Below, in pieces: positions 49,977 to 64,000 of a stretch of 64,000 bases of DNA. Position numbers and translations under genes: made by a program. A model generated the notes under the pieces. That model searched no databases and was not told the DNA's origin. It saw only the letters and a list, made by a program, of their open reading frames with translations. The stretch is from Antedon mediterranea. Its lineage: Eukaryota > Animalia > Echinodermata. The stretch lies in assembly GCF_964355755.1 (NCBI RefSeq), contig NC_092679.1:1952201-2016200 (forward strand), given 5' to 3'. The stretch's first letter is position 1; each line of letters opens with the position of its first letter.

Positions 49977-52079
49977 TAAATCTGCATCTATTCAAATGTG
50001 CAGATGCAGCATTCACATCCAAATGTTGTGATTTATCCTATTTTCATCCAAAAAATTAGGAATTTAATATTCTACAACAAAATCATTTCCGATTGTATTG
50101 TACTACAGCTGCCTTGGGTAAAGTGTGTCTGTTTTTCGTTCGTGTGGGTTAGCTTGCGTGCTAGGCACCCCAGCGAGAAGGGCATGGGGTTGCATATTTA
50201 GCAAGAGTAACTTCCTAGCTAGTGGGCCTAACTTTGTGGTGGGTCTGCAGGAGAAAGTGATCGTAAAAGCTACCAGGGACTTGAGCTCGATAGTTTGTGT
50301 TGATTCAGCTAGGCCCTTGTAACCATGCTTGAGGTTTGTTACAATTACCGATGAGATTGCTTCTGGCCCCATCAATATGATGGATGTCAAGCTGGCTAAC
50401 TGCTAGTGTTATATCGATATTATACAACTTGTGAATATTGTTACAATTAATCATTGAAATTAGTTATTTTATGTTGATTTTGTATTTATAATAGGTTTGC
50501 CTTTGGGGATTATTATGTGAGCAATAATACATATAATATTATGATGGTTTTTCCCATTTATCAGCCTTAATAAATATTATTGACATAAATAAATAAAGGT
50601 CTTAACAAATAAATTACAAATTAAAAATTATAAAACATTATATTTCTTATATTTAATGCTTTTACTTTTACAATTGAAAAAAAATGTTAGCATATTTATT
50701 AAAAATATCAAAATATAATATTCAGCATTTTTTTATGTTTAAATATAAAATATCTTGTTAAGATGTTTAATAAATGTGTTTAAATGTTTTCTAAATTAAG
50801 AAGATATTCCAGCACCAGCAAATTATTGTTTTCTTTTACTGCTTTTTAATAATTATTACCCTGGATATTATTTTTAATATCTTTTGTTAAGCAATAGACT
50901 TCCCCAGTGATGACTCATAATAATAATTGTTATTAATTGTAGACAATGATAAAATAGTATACGCCCATTGTCGGTCAATCACCTACTCTAGACTACAATA
51001 TAATGGTCAACATATGTCCACCAATAAAAAATAAATTAATACCTATTTCTAAATTATAGTCATCAAATTCAAATAAACATTTATTTTATCATGCTGGAGC
51101 CCACTTGAAATTAATTGTAATTTAAATAAAACCTAATTGTCAATGCGAGTAGTCTAGTAGATAATAAGAAGGTTGGAGAAAAGAGGACATGAGATTGATA
51201 AAGAAAATCTGTACGTACCCATTCCTAAAAAATAGGTATTTCTTTTTAAAAAGGAGTAGGGATTAGGCGGCATAAATGGCATTGCTACATTTACATGGCG
51301 ATCGAGGTAGTATCATGGTTCTGCATAGAGATAAACTTAAATAAATGAAACTACATCTAGCACAAAGGGAACATCTTCAACACCCACAAACTGTCCCTTA
51401 ATAGGGATGACTCTCCATACGTAGTGTTAAAACATACTTTGCACCCTGTTCATAATAGGATTGATCCAAGAGAGAGTTTTTACTTTATTTAAACAGATGT
51501 ATAAAAGACAAATAAAATAAAAATGATATTTTCATGTATATTTTATTATTGTTATAAATATAGATGGCAAGTAATGACGTAGGATCTAGTGTTATTGTAT
51601 GTAAGACTAGACGGTGTAAAGCTAAAACTGACGCATTGCTGAGTTCATCTCATGGTTATACAGGCCGGTCAACCCCCAAGGCTGCAATGTATCGCTTGTG
51701 AACCGTAACTTCAGGGTTTGAATATGATCCTAGCAACTACTGAATAACCACTTGGAGTTGCGATATAATCCTTAACGTATCGTATTATTAGCAAGAACGT
51801 ATTCTTTTTCAAATTAGGCAGGATACTTGTGGGATATTGATGGTAAATGCAATAAGTTTTAACACATAGTAGTAATATCTCATCCAATTTACTCATTGTT
51901 GAGAGAATTATGCCATGTTTTTAACTTTACTTCATCACCTCATCGGTTTACATGTTGTTTTTGATTTCTCGCTCTCCAGTTGGTGTATCCAAAATATTGT
52001 TTGATTTCATTCCTCCATCGTCCTCTGCTTCCGTTTCCTTAAGATGTCCTACTGTATTTGTAAATTAGTTTTCACCTGG

Positions 52080-52225
52080 CAGTGGTACCCCCTCCTTTGG
52101 GATACTCCTATTAAGGTGACACTTTCCCATGAAACCAATGACATGTTTTAGCAGTCAAGACCAACCTCTATTCAGGGGGCAATTTGTTGGCTCCCGAAAA
52201 TATCCCCTTAATAGATATTTTACTG
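52080..52225. mobile_element. Degenerate Tc1/mariner(pogo)-like MITE
   Basis: cagt...actg termini; internal cctattaaggtgacactttcc and inverted tatccccttaatag; related to 8423. Confidence 0.5.
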
Positions 52226-54681
52226 TCTGTATTTTTCAATTCATTGTACCCTGTTATAATTTACTGACAAGACTGACATGGAAAGGTAGATTGTTTTAAA
52301 ATAAAAAATTTTGACTGGAAGAAGAGACTTTAGCAAAACAGTTTTAACTTTTGGAAACATTTTCAAATACCAAAAGGTTCAAGTGGAATCCAATTTGATA
52401 GGTTAAGTGAATCATATAAATAAATTTAGCTGATTTATAAATGAAACTTTATTCATTCATTGTTCAGTCTACTTTTTATTTCTCCAAATCTATTATCAAT
52501 AAGCAACGAAATTGCTATTTCCTTTTATGTATCCATCATCATCTATGCTTCTGAAGTATCAAAATATCTTGGACACAGCGTGATTGACCGCTTGATGTGT
52601 GTGGTCACTTCTGCTCAGCGTCTGTTGTTATGATAGGCCTATACAAATGACTTATCCTCTGATCTCGCATCTTGCACCAAGGCACTGTTTATTGAAGTCT
52701 GTAGTAGTGACTGACAGATGCGAGTAGATGATTGCTAAGTCTTGTGTCTGGCATCACGTCTTATGTTTCAAGTTTTTTTTTAATTTTCAGGTCACCTTTT
52801 CTTTCTATCTTTATCCTAACATTATATTAATTTTATATTAAATATTTTTTTATCCATTCCTGTTTTATTTAAACTGAATTTAAATAAAATTTGATTACTA
52901 GTTCATTGTGCCTTGTTGATCCCACTTGGTAGTAAGGTGGATGGACTATTCCATTTATTTACAGGGATTATATTAATATATTTTTCTTTAGGCAGAAAGT
53001 GCCGATGCGTTTTAGGTGTGTGTACCTCAGGTCTGTACTAAATGTTAAATTATTATACTATATTATTAAATTTGTGTGTAGAATGAAAAATCCAAAACAA
53101 ATATTGAAAAGAAAAAGTTGTTTTTAAGTTTTTAAGAAGTGTGTACAAAGAAACTTATTTTAATTATTATCCTGATCCCATTACTGTATGTTTCTTGAAT
53201 TGTATACCGGAAATTTAGTTTGAGGTGTTCAAAACTTTTGATGTGGAAAATTGATTTATAAATTGTGGTTGTCTGTTGTAAGCTTCAGGATATTTTTCCG
53301 TAAGGATTAGTTGTATTTCATATCTTAATAAATATTCCTTGCATGGTACTTCATCTGGAACAAATGGAAAGTTGACGATCACAGTCCAAAAAAAAAAATT
53401 TTATTGAAATGCTGTCGGTTCAGTTATTATAAGGGTATTAATAATTCAGGTTGAAATATTGGTGTGGTTAAAAGAGACGTAGCCAGAGGGGGATTACTGT
53501 AAACAGAAAAGCCAAAGCAAGTACTGTATTATTAAGATGTTATTGATTATTACAATCGACTTATGAAATATGAACAGAGAATAAGAATAATCGGATTATA
53601 AAAGAATATTGAGATATTCGGAGTCAAACACAGAATATAATAATAATAATAAAACTGTCTTTAATCACACTTGTTCACCTCAATGGTGTTTTTCCACATC
53701 ATACAAAAATTAAATTAATAATTTAACATGAGTTTAACGAAGATGAACAGAGCACAAGTAAATGCTCTACATGCTGTTTTTACTTAATACGAAAAAGCTT
53801 AAATAATAATTACTTATTAATAAGAACTTAACTAAAAACTGGAAATCTTAGTTTGCACAGAATACGTTTTGATAACTGAAAATAGTAATTCAATCATAAA
53901 TTTGATTATAATAATTTGTACTTCTGGTCAAAACATCTTCTTCTAAATTTTAGACTGTACAGTACTTCTGTTAGTGGAAAAAAGGGAATGAGGGTGGGGA
54001 AGCTATTAGTAATACTAAATTTACCCTAATTAGTGCTGTGCCTAGAGATACATAATGTAAACTACAAATACTCTATCTGTAATATTGGATATTCTTTTAA
54101 TGATGTGTTAAAACTTTCTGCAGATGAAATTCATAAAAGAAATTAGAAATGTTGTAATATTGCCTGCAAGAAAACCTGCTCCTCCTAAAGTTCACTCACC
54201 TACTTACACTATCAATAAATGCCTATAAAAATTCAGACTGATTATTACCGACCAAGAACTAATTAACCGAAAACATTGTATCATTGGTTGGTATCTTTAA
54301 TAATGACCATTGAATTAATAAAGTGCGTTCTACGGTCAAGTGTTCTATGGTCAGTAAAGCCTCGAGGGTTTGTCTTCCTTTATATCGACACACGTCAGTT
54401 GCTGGCAATTGTTTAATGTACTTTGTAACGTCCGTCGCCTCAAGATGCTTAAAGAAAATCTATTACACCCGCCTCTGGTTACTGTACTAATCTATTGTGA
54501 TCTAGGCTACTACTCTAAGGTGGAAATTTAATTTAAATTAAGTTGAGGTGAAGTGATGTCCCTGATATATATTAAATCTACATTTTGAATACTGTAACGT
54601 ATTGTGTTGTATCATACTGTCCGTATACATTATTACAACACAATACTTTACGCTCTAGTGTAGTACCCTCAAATTTGTTTT

Positions 54682-54846
54682 AATCTCTGTCTACACTATC
54701 AAACTAGTTTGACACGAAAGTGTAATGTGCCCAAATATGGTAATGATATTCCCAAATATGGTGGTGATATGACATCATCGTGTCCATATATGGGCACATC
54801 ACATTTTGTTGTCACATACAGTTTGATGATAGTGTAGACAGAGCTT
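54682..54846. mobile_element. MITE family M1, full copy
   Basis: aatctctgtctacactatcaaa ... gatagtgtagacagagctt with two 21-bp subrepeats. Confidence 0.88.
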
Positions 54847-57800
54847 CAATGTATCATTATGAGTTGCTTTATGTTGTGTACAGTCTATAAATAGATCTAT
54901 TTTTATATACATTAACTATTATACCACTGGAGTCTGATTTATTAATAATTTTAAAACTATTAAAACTTAGCATGGTACATAGAGTTCCTTGAAAACATGC
55001 ATTTACTACGTCAACTTTGACTGATTTATTATTACTTGAATTCAAACTGAAAGTACTATTTAAAATACATTAACAGGGAAAAATTTCATTTAAAAATTTT
55101 GTTTAGCAAAATTGCTAATCAAACTGATTGTCGAGTCAAGAAACATAGTTTTGTATTGCATTTTTTGCTACACAATTTGCAAAATGTGTAGCAATAAGGT
55201 TGTTTTGTATAGCTTTTTGCTATGCTACACTGGCGAAATTATTCCCTGATTAATTATAATAAAAATGACATTAATGTAATTAAACTCAATATACTGTAAC
55301 ACATGTTAAGTACAGTAGGTAAATGATAAGGAGTATTTTTATTTAGAAAACGTTTTGGCGTAAAAACCATTGTATACATTGTTAAAAGTATTGAGACGCG
55401 AGTTGTGATAGCAACGGAGTTGACCAATGTTGTTGATTATCTGCGCCGTTATTAATATCAATATACTTATTGTCACTTGAAAGTTATTTGTATTGTGTCG
55501 CAAGTATGTATATAAATCGTCTAGGTTAAAGTACCTTTCATAAATGCGTGTATACATTTATACACACTCAAAACCTGTGATGAGAAGTGAAATTATATTA
55601 ACTTGAAAGAAACCCAAGTAGGTGAGATTGAATGGGAAAAAATGTAATGAAATCTAGTATTCTCTTTCTGTTACTATGGAGGGCTATAACTATTTACTAT
55701 GGAATGGCAAATAGGACAAAAAGTCATTAAGCATTAAAATTGCTAGAGAATATTTAGATTCCAAACTTTAGCATGAATAAGTTCGCTTTTATTGTGCTGC
55801 TTATGATTGCTTTATCCCAGTATTCTTGTAAAGTGCTCTGATATTCTAGTTATTTGAAGATCACTTTGAAATTTGAATTAATTTAATTTCTCCCAGATCA
55901 ATTACAAAGCATTACTTTTTATTGCCGTATGAATAGTTTTGGTGTAAAATTATTGGGTTAGTCGGTTACTTGTCATATTTTACTTTTACCTTATTTACGA
56001 TTGCTTCCATAAAATGATGATAGGTTTATGTTGGGATGTTAAGATTTTTCTTTTGTGCGGAATAAATCTGAAAATGTCAAGGTGCTTCATCACCTTTAGA
56101 ACATCAACGTGTTAAGCATGCGTTGGAAAGGTGTGCAAAAATCAACTTCACTGATGAGAAAAAACGATATGATTTATTTTATATACATATGTATTCTAGA
56201 AATGATTGAGTATCCATGGTTAAAATGACGTACACATACGCTTATACAGTTTAAATGTCTGTTAAATAATTTAGATTTTTGAACATTATTAATATTATAG
56301 TCTTGCTGTCAATAATGCTATTCTAATTACTATAGCGTGTCTCTGATTTGTTTACGAATATTGATATTACTTAAGAAATAATTAAGTAGCGGTACCGGCA
56401 ATGTCTTAGTCCTGAGGGTGAAGATTGATGCGAACATCGTTCAAATTGACGCAAATCTATTTATTACGTCCAACTTATTGAATATGTTTGTTTTCTTTAA
56501 AAACAGCCATTAGCTAGACAAGAGAAATAGGATGTGATTATTGGTGGTAATTTTTAGCTACATATCCACAGGCGATTTGAACGATTAATTCAAGATGTTG
56601 CAAGATAAACTGGTTTCAGCAGAAAGATTTCAACTCTTATTGTCACTGCGTGATTGATATCAATAGTATGAAGAAATCCAAATTGATCGTCGTCGTTTTC
56701 ATTGAATTGTGGACTTTGCTCTTGATATGAAACGACGGGATATACCGCCTTAGATGTCGAACCGACAATGATGAAGTGTTCGTTTGACAACGACACTCGA
56801 TTCATATTGATCACGTTTTTGTTTTGTATATTTATCGATAATTAGTAGCTGCACTGATGAGGGATTTCCGATCAAATGTTGTGGAGATTGGTTAAATAGC
56901 AAATGCTATGATGAGAATGTATTAACTGTGATAACATTCAATTCAATTATTTCAACAATAAAATGCTTTTTATCATTGACTTTCTGCATTCTGTAAATTT
57001 ACCTGGATAAACCAACATTAGTCCTTATCCCTCAAAGAAAAGAGAAATTTTTAGTTAAACACCCCTGCCTGTCAATGGTGAAGTCCTGCTATTTTGTTGG
57101 AATCCTGTTATCTTTCTATACTTTACTACATTCATATATGTTGGGAATACATAACATAATTCAAGACTAGCACTCAATAGGATATGATCAATTAATATAC
57201 GTTTAACCTCAAATCCATCAAAGGTCAAAATCGTCCTTATAATTGCATCAACAAATAAAAACCCTTTAATTACTGATAATTCCTCTCTGGTACCTATAAG
57301 TCTGAGAAAACAAACTCCTTAAGTATCATTGGTCGGCAATATCAGAAGTTTAAAATGCAAAGCGATATTTGCAGGTCGCTCGTCTTGTGAATGTCATAAT
57401 AGAACATTGACGAACTAGATTATGGCACTTTTTCCTCATTATCATTCATTTTTAATATGATAGTATGGCATAATCTATTTAAATAATCAATCCCTGGACA
57501 AATTCTTAATTGACCATGTTTATTGAACAACTAACCATGACAAAAGAAACAGTGAAGACCGGTCCCATCTGAGCCATGGTTCCTCCCATTGGCCAAATTT
57601 GTTTTTATTATTTCACATAATAGAGCATTTATGAGAATCTAGAAACTAAAAGCAAATTATTAGCCTACCTATTTTGGAAAATTGCATTATTATTATTTGC
57701 AGTACTGTATTCATAATATAATTTTACAATTTGAAATCTATATTTGATTTTTCTTTTGTAGTTTTGTGGAAGCATATTAATAATTTATATATTCAATGAA

Positions 57801-60800
57801 CTATTGAACTATACTTTATAGTATTCTTAAATAAATAATAATATTTTATCTTTTGTTTTGACAAAAAATTGGAGAAAGTTTAGAACTATGTTTTTGTTTG
57901 TTCGTATTTCTAAATAAACATAACACACATGTGTTTGATTTTGATAAATATTAAAATAGTTTAGATTATAGAACAATAATGATGATAATTTTATAAAACT
58001 AATGTTTGACCAAGATAAATAATTCATAAGTTAACAGATAATACAAAATCAAAGATATTTAATGGCTTAAATTTGCGGAATATTTCAAATAAAATTTAAT
58101 GGGCTAATTGAACTTACAATGAGATAATGATCTCAAATTACATGTGTGATATTACGCTAAAGACTGTATCATCATTGCTAAATCTTCGTAGCTGCTGTGT
58201 TAGGTTTCATTTAATTAAATTAAGATGTTTTGTATGATATTGATATAATATTTGTTTACATCTAGCTGGTTTAACATCTATATTTACATATCAACATACA
58301 GACATAGTAAAGAAAGAAGTGGTATAACATGTTGTTAGACTCTAACATTGGACTTTAGGCTGGTCCAAATAGGACACCTGGAGTTGGCCCAAACCAGACA
58401 CTTTGAACTGGCCCAAACTATATGTTTATCTGGAAAGTGTGGTTTGCAAAATATATTTTTAATGGCATGACTTTTACTACAGAGAGTCTTGGTTCCAAGA
58501 GAATTATTATGCAATATTAAAATTATAGAACGGAATCTGATATTAAAATGACATCATAGCAAGCCGTGGAGACTAGTTGACGTTTCAATATAAATGTTAA
58601 TTTATTGGTAGTGGCCAAGAAATTGTCACTTTGCTTTGAGCAAATTATCAAATTTGAATCTTTAAACACATCAGCTATGATGGTTCAATAGCTTAATATC
58701 ACATTTGAAGGATGAGCTGTATAGACGAGGTCACAATATGAATTAAGCTTTTATTTAGGACTCGAACCTAGCCACTAGCATCTAAACTGAATACACAAAG
58801 ATCACATAGATGTAATCTCAACTGAAGGTTGAGGTAAAAGGAATAGGTCTTTATATGTTGTTTCAGTTTATCATTTTATACATTATTAGTATAAAAGTAT
58901 AATTTAAAGCAGCCATCTGGCAGCCAACGTAAAATCAGACTGGTTCATAATTTTCTTTTTTTACCAGGACAGTTTATATAATTTACGTTCCATAATAGTT
59001 TGTGTACATTCCTATATTTTCTAGGTTCTTTTTATTCAATATCACAGACTTGAAAATCTTTTATTATTTAATATTGTACCTTAAAATTGGACATGGTTGG
59101 TGTAGAAAGGTTTTTTTTCTTGTTTCTTTTATCTTTTGTTTGTACTGTATCCTTGAAATTGTAATAATTGATAACAGTGCAATTGTTGGTTCTTCAAGAA
59201 TAATTTGTACCATACATTTCATTGTGATATCTTTACAGTAATTGACAATTCCACCTTATTTGTTTACAAACGATCTTTACAATTCTTGTTCTTTTTATAA
59301 ACTTTGCAGAATTCTGTTTGTCTAGCAACACAATTGATATAATTTTATGGTATTAGATTTGCTCATCTCAAAGTTTGTAAAAGATAGTTCAGTGACAGAT
59401 CTTTTGTTGCTGTCCATCTTTTATGTACGTCTGTACTTTACTACAGTATTTCAGTTCATGGTAATAATATTTTACGTTGTAATGCCTATTATTTAATCTG
59501 TCAATGATGATTCCACTATTGAATTTTATACCTTGTATTTTGTTAAGTTTTTATATTCTAAACTTTTATTGGGCACGTTTCTTGATGGTTTTGTTATAAT
59601 TTAAAAGTCAAGGCCTGGGTATTGTACTGTATAGTTTAATGTACTCTCATTTCTATCTTTTTTCTTTTTAAAATAAGAATAAGAATGTTATTATATAATT
59701 GTCAATACCGGTACTGTATATTGATTTATGGTTTTGGAGACTCTCTAAAGCAAGACTTTTTTCTAAACCATCTTTTAAAAATTATTTTAATTTAAATTAT
59801 TTTGTTATTAGTGTTCAGTGATCAGGAATTTGCAGGCTAATAGTTTGTTATCTTATGAAAATGTTTTGGAATATGACGCGATAATTGTGTGCATGAATAA
59901 TATTTTGAACGAGATTCTGTGGGAAAGATTTAACCATATCATCAACACCATACACTTAAACGATGTGGGTTTTTTTATAATTACATTGAAATCTACAAAC
60001 CAAGAGTGATATGAATGTGATTGGTGATAGTTTTAATGTGTGGTTCTTTAGGTAAACCCCTGGCTGGTGTAGCATGTGATAATAAAAACCTACAAACACT
60101 ACTGTATATACAGCAATGCTACAATTTAAATCCCTGATGATGATCAAATAAAGATCAAAACGTTGAATCATGGCTTGCCTCTCGTTATTTGGAGTCATTT
60201 TTATACTATGTTATTTAAACATAATCAGTTTATATAAACATAATCAGTTTATATATTAGAAAAATGTATTTCTAATCAAAAAATAAAATGAATAATTTTA
60301 AACAGTAATTATATTCTGTTATTCAGGAAAGTGCCTGTATTCACAATTGATTGAGCTTTGATTATTTAATGACTTATTTTTAATAGTCATCAAACACCTA
60401 AGTTAATTATCTGCAATAATAATAAATATGGCATATTTTTATATTTCACTAAATCAATAATTGTGTTTAAATTAATAACAAAATTAAGGTAGTAATTTTT
60501 CCATTTGGAGAAATTGTATTGAATTATTAGTAAAACTCAGATTATATTACTTATCAGTGTTATTACAGTCAAAAATTAGTAGTAGAACTGTATAAAACCT
60601 AGGATAGAACAATTGATGATGAATACTTACCTAGGAATGTATAGGGGGAAACCGTTGATGTGTCACTATGGCGACTCGTGTCCATCAAGTGTGCACTTGG
60701 TCGAAAGAAAAGTGTGAAGATGAGGCAATTAGTATGTCAATCCAGCGACATCTGTTGGACCGAACCGTTCAACCACGACCAGAATTCCATAAACGATTCC

Positions 60801-61176
60801 TTGATTACACTACTAATGTACACACCGAAGCCTAGCAGTAGTAATTTGTTTTTTTGAATCATATTTTTGATGGGTAGGATGTAGTGATCGTATTCTTCTC
60901 AGTTATTAGTTGTATCTCAACAAATGGATTATCCAACAATCAGGTAATATAATAATTAATAATTTAACTAATTAGTTTATTATTTGATGGTTGCTGTCTG
61001 TACCTCATTAATTATTCATCATTAGGATTAGTGTAATTAGAAGTGGATTAAAACATATTGAAGATTAAGCCTGCACACTGTATATTAGTAATTATTGAAA
61101 TTAATTACAATTATTGCAGAGATTAAAGCATTTGTTCGTCATCATTGGTAATTATCATCATCATAATTTCTACCTA

Positions 61177-61280
61177 GTTTGAGCCTTGTTGTTGTAGAGA
61201 AACTTTTTTTAGTTTTAGGCGCTATAAAAATAACAAAATTATTATTATAATTATTATCATCATCATTATCATTGCATTAT
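61177..61280 (+). mobile_element. Probable L2/CR1-clade LINE or SINE 3' tail
   Basis: tttgagcc...aggcgctataaaaat followed by (att/atc)n, resembling L2-type 3' ends. Confidence 0.45.
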
Positions 61281-62004
61281 CTTCTTTCTATATCATCAAC
61301 GTAGGTTCATGATAAAGTCATGTTGAATTTCTTTCTGCACAAGATACTCTCTATCTCTACGCTACTATTTTTATACTCTTATCGCGCATGAATTATGAGA
61401 ATATGTCGTTTGTTTTCAGTCCATTTTGTTGGTCCCATGAGGAGCTGTAGTAATCTTTGATGTAGTAATCTGTAAATGCAGTATGTTAGTTGCAATGTTA
61501 TGAAGTGTAATGTATTTAATATTCAAACTTGTTTTTGAAATGGCAATATCATGAGATATAGTCATTCATTCTTTTTTAATTTGTTTAATATATGAAAATT
61601 TATGTTTTCATAATTTATAGATTTTATAAATCAAAAAAATGCACTTCATTCATTTTTTAAGTTTTTGTCAAGTATCATTTTATACTTGGTATTAAAGCAA
61701 ATTTGGCAAAACCATTTATTTGATAAATATAGAGTTATACAATTTGTTGTTGGATCTCATAATAGAACTTTAAAGCATCTATCATACATAAGTTGTTTAC
61801 AATGGGTTTATCATGATTGCGCACCTCCTTTAAATGCATTCGCCACCCTTCTGCGTATCAACGACACCCAGTGGGCTTACTTCGTAATCTGTATCTAATA
61901 ATGGCGTGATGATCAAGGTAGTACCATAATATCTTCTTGTATCTAATTATGTATCTTAAACTTATGGGTGTTTTCAACTTACAAATCTTCACAAATATTA
62001 CTTT

Positions 62005-62223
62005 ATTCGTTCACAATACAAGTGGAAATAATGGTACTTGCCTCATACAAATTTAAAAGAGTAACGGAAACACAAAATAAAAACGATTCTATCTTAGATT
62101 TATATATTGTTAACATAGATAAAGATAACTAAATTCGTCCACAATACAAGTGGAAATATTAATGCTTGTCTTATACAAAGTTCAAACAGGAACGGAAACA
62201 CAAAATAAAACGATTCTATCTTA
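62005..62223. repeat. Direct repeat, about 92-bp homology at 128-bp period
   Basis: attcgt(t/c)cacaatacaagtggaaata...aacggaaacacaaaataaaa-cgattctatctta at 62005 and 62133. Confidence 0.85.
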
Positions 62224-62820
62224 AAGCACTATATCTGTATGTATAAGAAAGTTGTAGTAAATAGATTTAATCTTTAGTGTTAATTCTACCATCAGTTTCC
62301 TGTCATTCTGCCTAATGAGCTACTTTATGGATCACATGATCAAGATTACCCAATAACCTCTTTCAATTATCCCGCATCATAATACCCATTCACTAAAACT
62401 TCTCTGAAAGATTGAAAGAACATGTTATCAATCTCAATATTTGAAATCGGACAAAGCATTTTAACTTTATCAGATCTTAATCAACGCAGATGTCGCCGTC
62501 TTCATCTCTATTCATTTTGGCAATTACTTCGTGAATCGCTATCGTGAAATTCATATCGCAGGGATGGCGGCTGTTATAATTGGTGTTAATTATTGACTGT
62601 ATTGTTACAGATTAGATAGCTAACAATAAAGAAGATATTGTTTGGTACTTTTTAAGAAAATGATAGGTTAATGAAAATGTTTGATAACAATACATTAATC
62701 TAATTTAATGTACTGATGTAATTGTATTCATTTAAAATATTACAATTATTCTATTTAGTCATTGTACTGTATCATTTCGTATTATGGTTTTATATCAAAG
62801 CCATAACATAAACCTTTTTA

Positions 62821-63392
62821 ATTTGTACATAAACACTTTTGTCCGTTTCCTAGTTGCTAAAGTTTACTTATATAAAAATTGAAACCATGGAGTAAAACAA
62901 GGAATAAGTATTAAGTAAATTGTTTCCTTTAATATAATAGTAGTTTATATAAGAACTTTGATAATTTGTACATAAACACCTTTGTCTGTTTCCTAGTTGC
63001 TAAAGTTTACTTATATAAAAATTGAAACCATGGAGTAAAACAAGGAATAAGTATTAAGTAAATTGTTTCCTTTAATATAATAGTTTATATAAAAACTATG
63101 ATAATTTGTACATAAACACCTTTGTCTGTTTCCTGGTTGCTAAAGTTTACTTATATAAAAATTGAAACCATGGAGTAAAACAAGGAATAAGTATTAAGTA
63201 AATTGTTTCCTTTAATATAATAGTTTATATAAAAACTATGATAATTTGTACATAAACACCTTTGTCCGTTTCCTAGTTGCTAAAGTTTACTTATAATAAT
63301 TAAAACTATGGAGTGAAACAAGGAATAAGTATTAAGTAAATTGATGTTGTTTGTTTTAATATTATAATAGTTTATATAAGAACTATCATAAT
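62821..63392. repeat. Approximately 140-bp tandem repeat x4
   Basis: Units begin aatttgtacataaacac at 62821, 62963, 63103 and 63243. Confidence 0.95.
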
Positions 63393-64000
63393 GATATTAG
63401 TTATGTTTTTGTTCACTGTTGTTATTTGAAAGGCTATGTACGGTCAGAAATAAAAATATGTGAATAGATAAAAAATATTTTTAAATACATTTATGTACAT
63501 AATATCGCAGTACTATATTGCTATGTAAAGTTTAAAAATAATACAGTACATTAATATAAATGTATACAATTTCCATATAATAACTAAATTGTCTTTGTAT
63601 TTATGATGTACCCCTTGATTTTAAACAAATAAACACAAACGTAAAATATATGTGTTGACATTTCACCCTACATTATTTTTCAAATTTCTTTTGTTTTGAG
63701 AATTTAGAGTGTTCCGATGTTCCGTGATAAGTTTGTTTTTATCAATAAGAAGACAAATTAGGGAAATAACTCTTTCATGTTGAAACAACATTTTAAGCTT
63801 TTGAAATGATATTATTTACTATTGCACTTAACACCTTGTTTGGCGACTCTCCAAGTAAAATCTGTTTTCGTTTGTGTATGCTCGACGAGTTTTATTACTT
63901 ATGGTTTGTGATCTTTTTGTTTGCTGTACCGAAATCTTATTTCAATAAATTTGCTGATCGAGAAATGAAAATAAACACACATACAATGGAAAATAACAAA

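Noticed and set aside
52981-53035. Next KIF26 exon after ttttctttag
   Set aside because: The in-phase translation (QKVPMRF...) does not match the expected AAQKLNL continuation.
1100-56360. TCGTAAA posterior Hox/Cdx motif enrichment
   Set aside because: The roughly 15 hits counted by eye on both strands are about what base composition predicts.
56850-56885. Hammerhead ribozyme (CTGATGA core)
   Set aside because: No GAAA after a stem II. Other CTGATGA hits (40549, 42614, 56151, 60074) also lack the hammerhead architecture.

Overview
AT-rich (roughly 30% GC by eye) metazoan genomic DNA, probably a marine invertebrate judging by repeat types; the species cannot be identified from sequence alone. 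The window appears to lie within the 5' part of a + strand KIF26 (kinesin-11) gene. Two phase-compatible exons are clear: 31874-32287 (DPAAFCERLQVP...CTVCTTSSAQLKHEAVSMVQSLE...) and 48708-48955 (...LSTSAAASFFAR). They are separated by a 16.4-kb intron, and no other canonical exon is visible in the 31.8 kb upstream or 15 kb downstream. The introns hold about 10 copies of a PIF/Harbinger-like MITE, another Harbinger-like element, two Kolobok-like TTAA elements, three Helentron-associated (HINE/DINE-like) elements, tRNA-derived SINE fragments, a 2.4-kb 33-bp minisatellite (source of the 778-aa ORF) and several smaller tandem repeats. Best leads: (i) a HINE family carrying a tRNA-Glu-like Pol III cassette with its own terminator; (ii) two candidate alternative first exons in frame with the KIF26 exons, one just downstream of a minisatellite packed with TAATCC sites; (iii) several single-copy 150-300 nt islands with extensive nested base-pairing potential. 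Most other short ORFs in the track look spurious.
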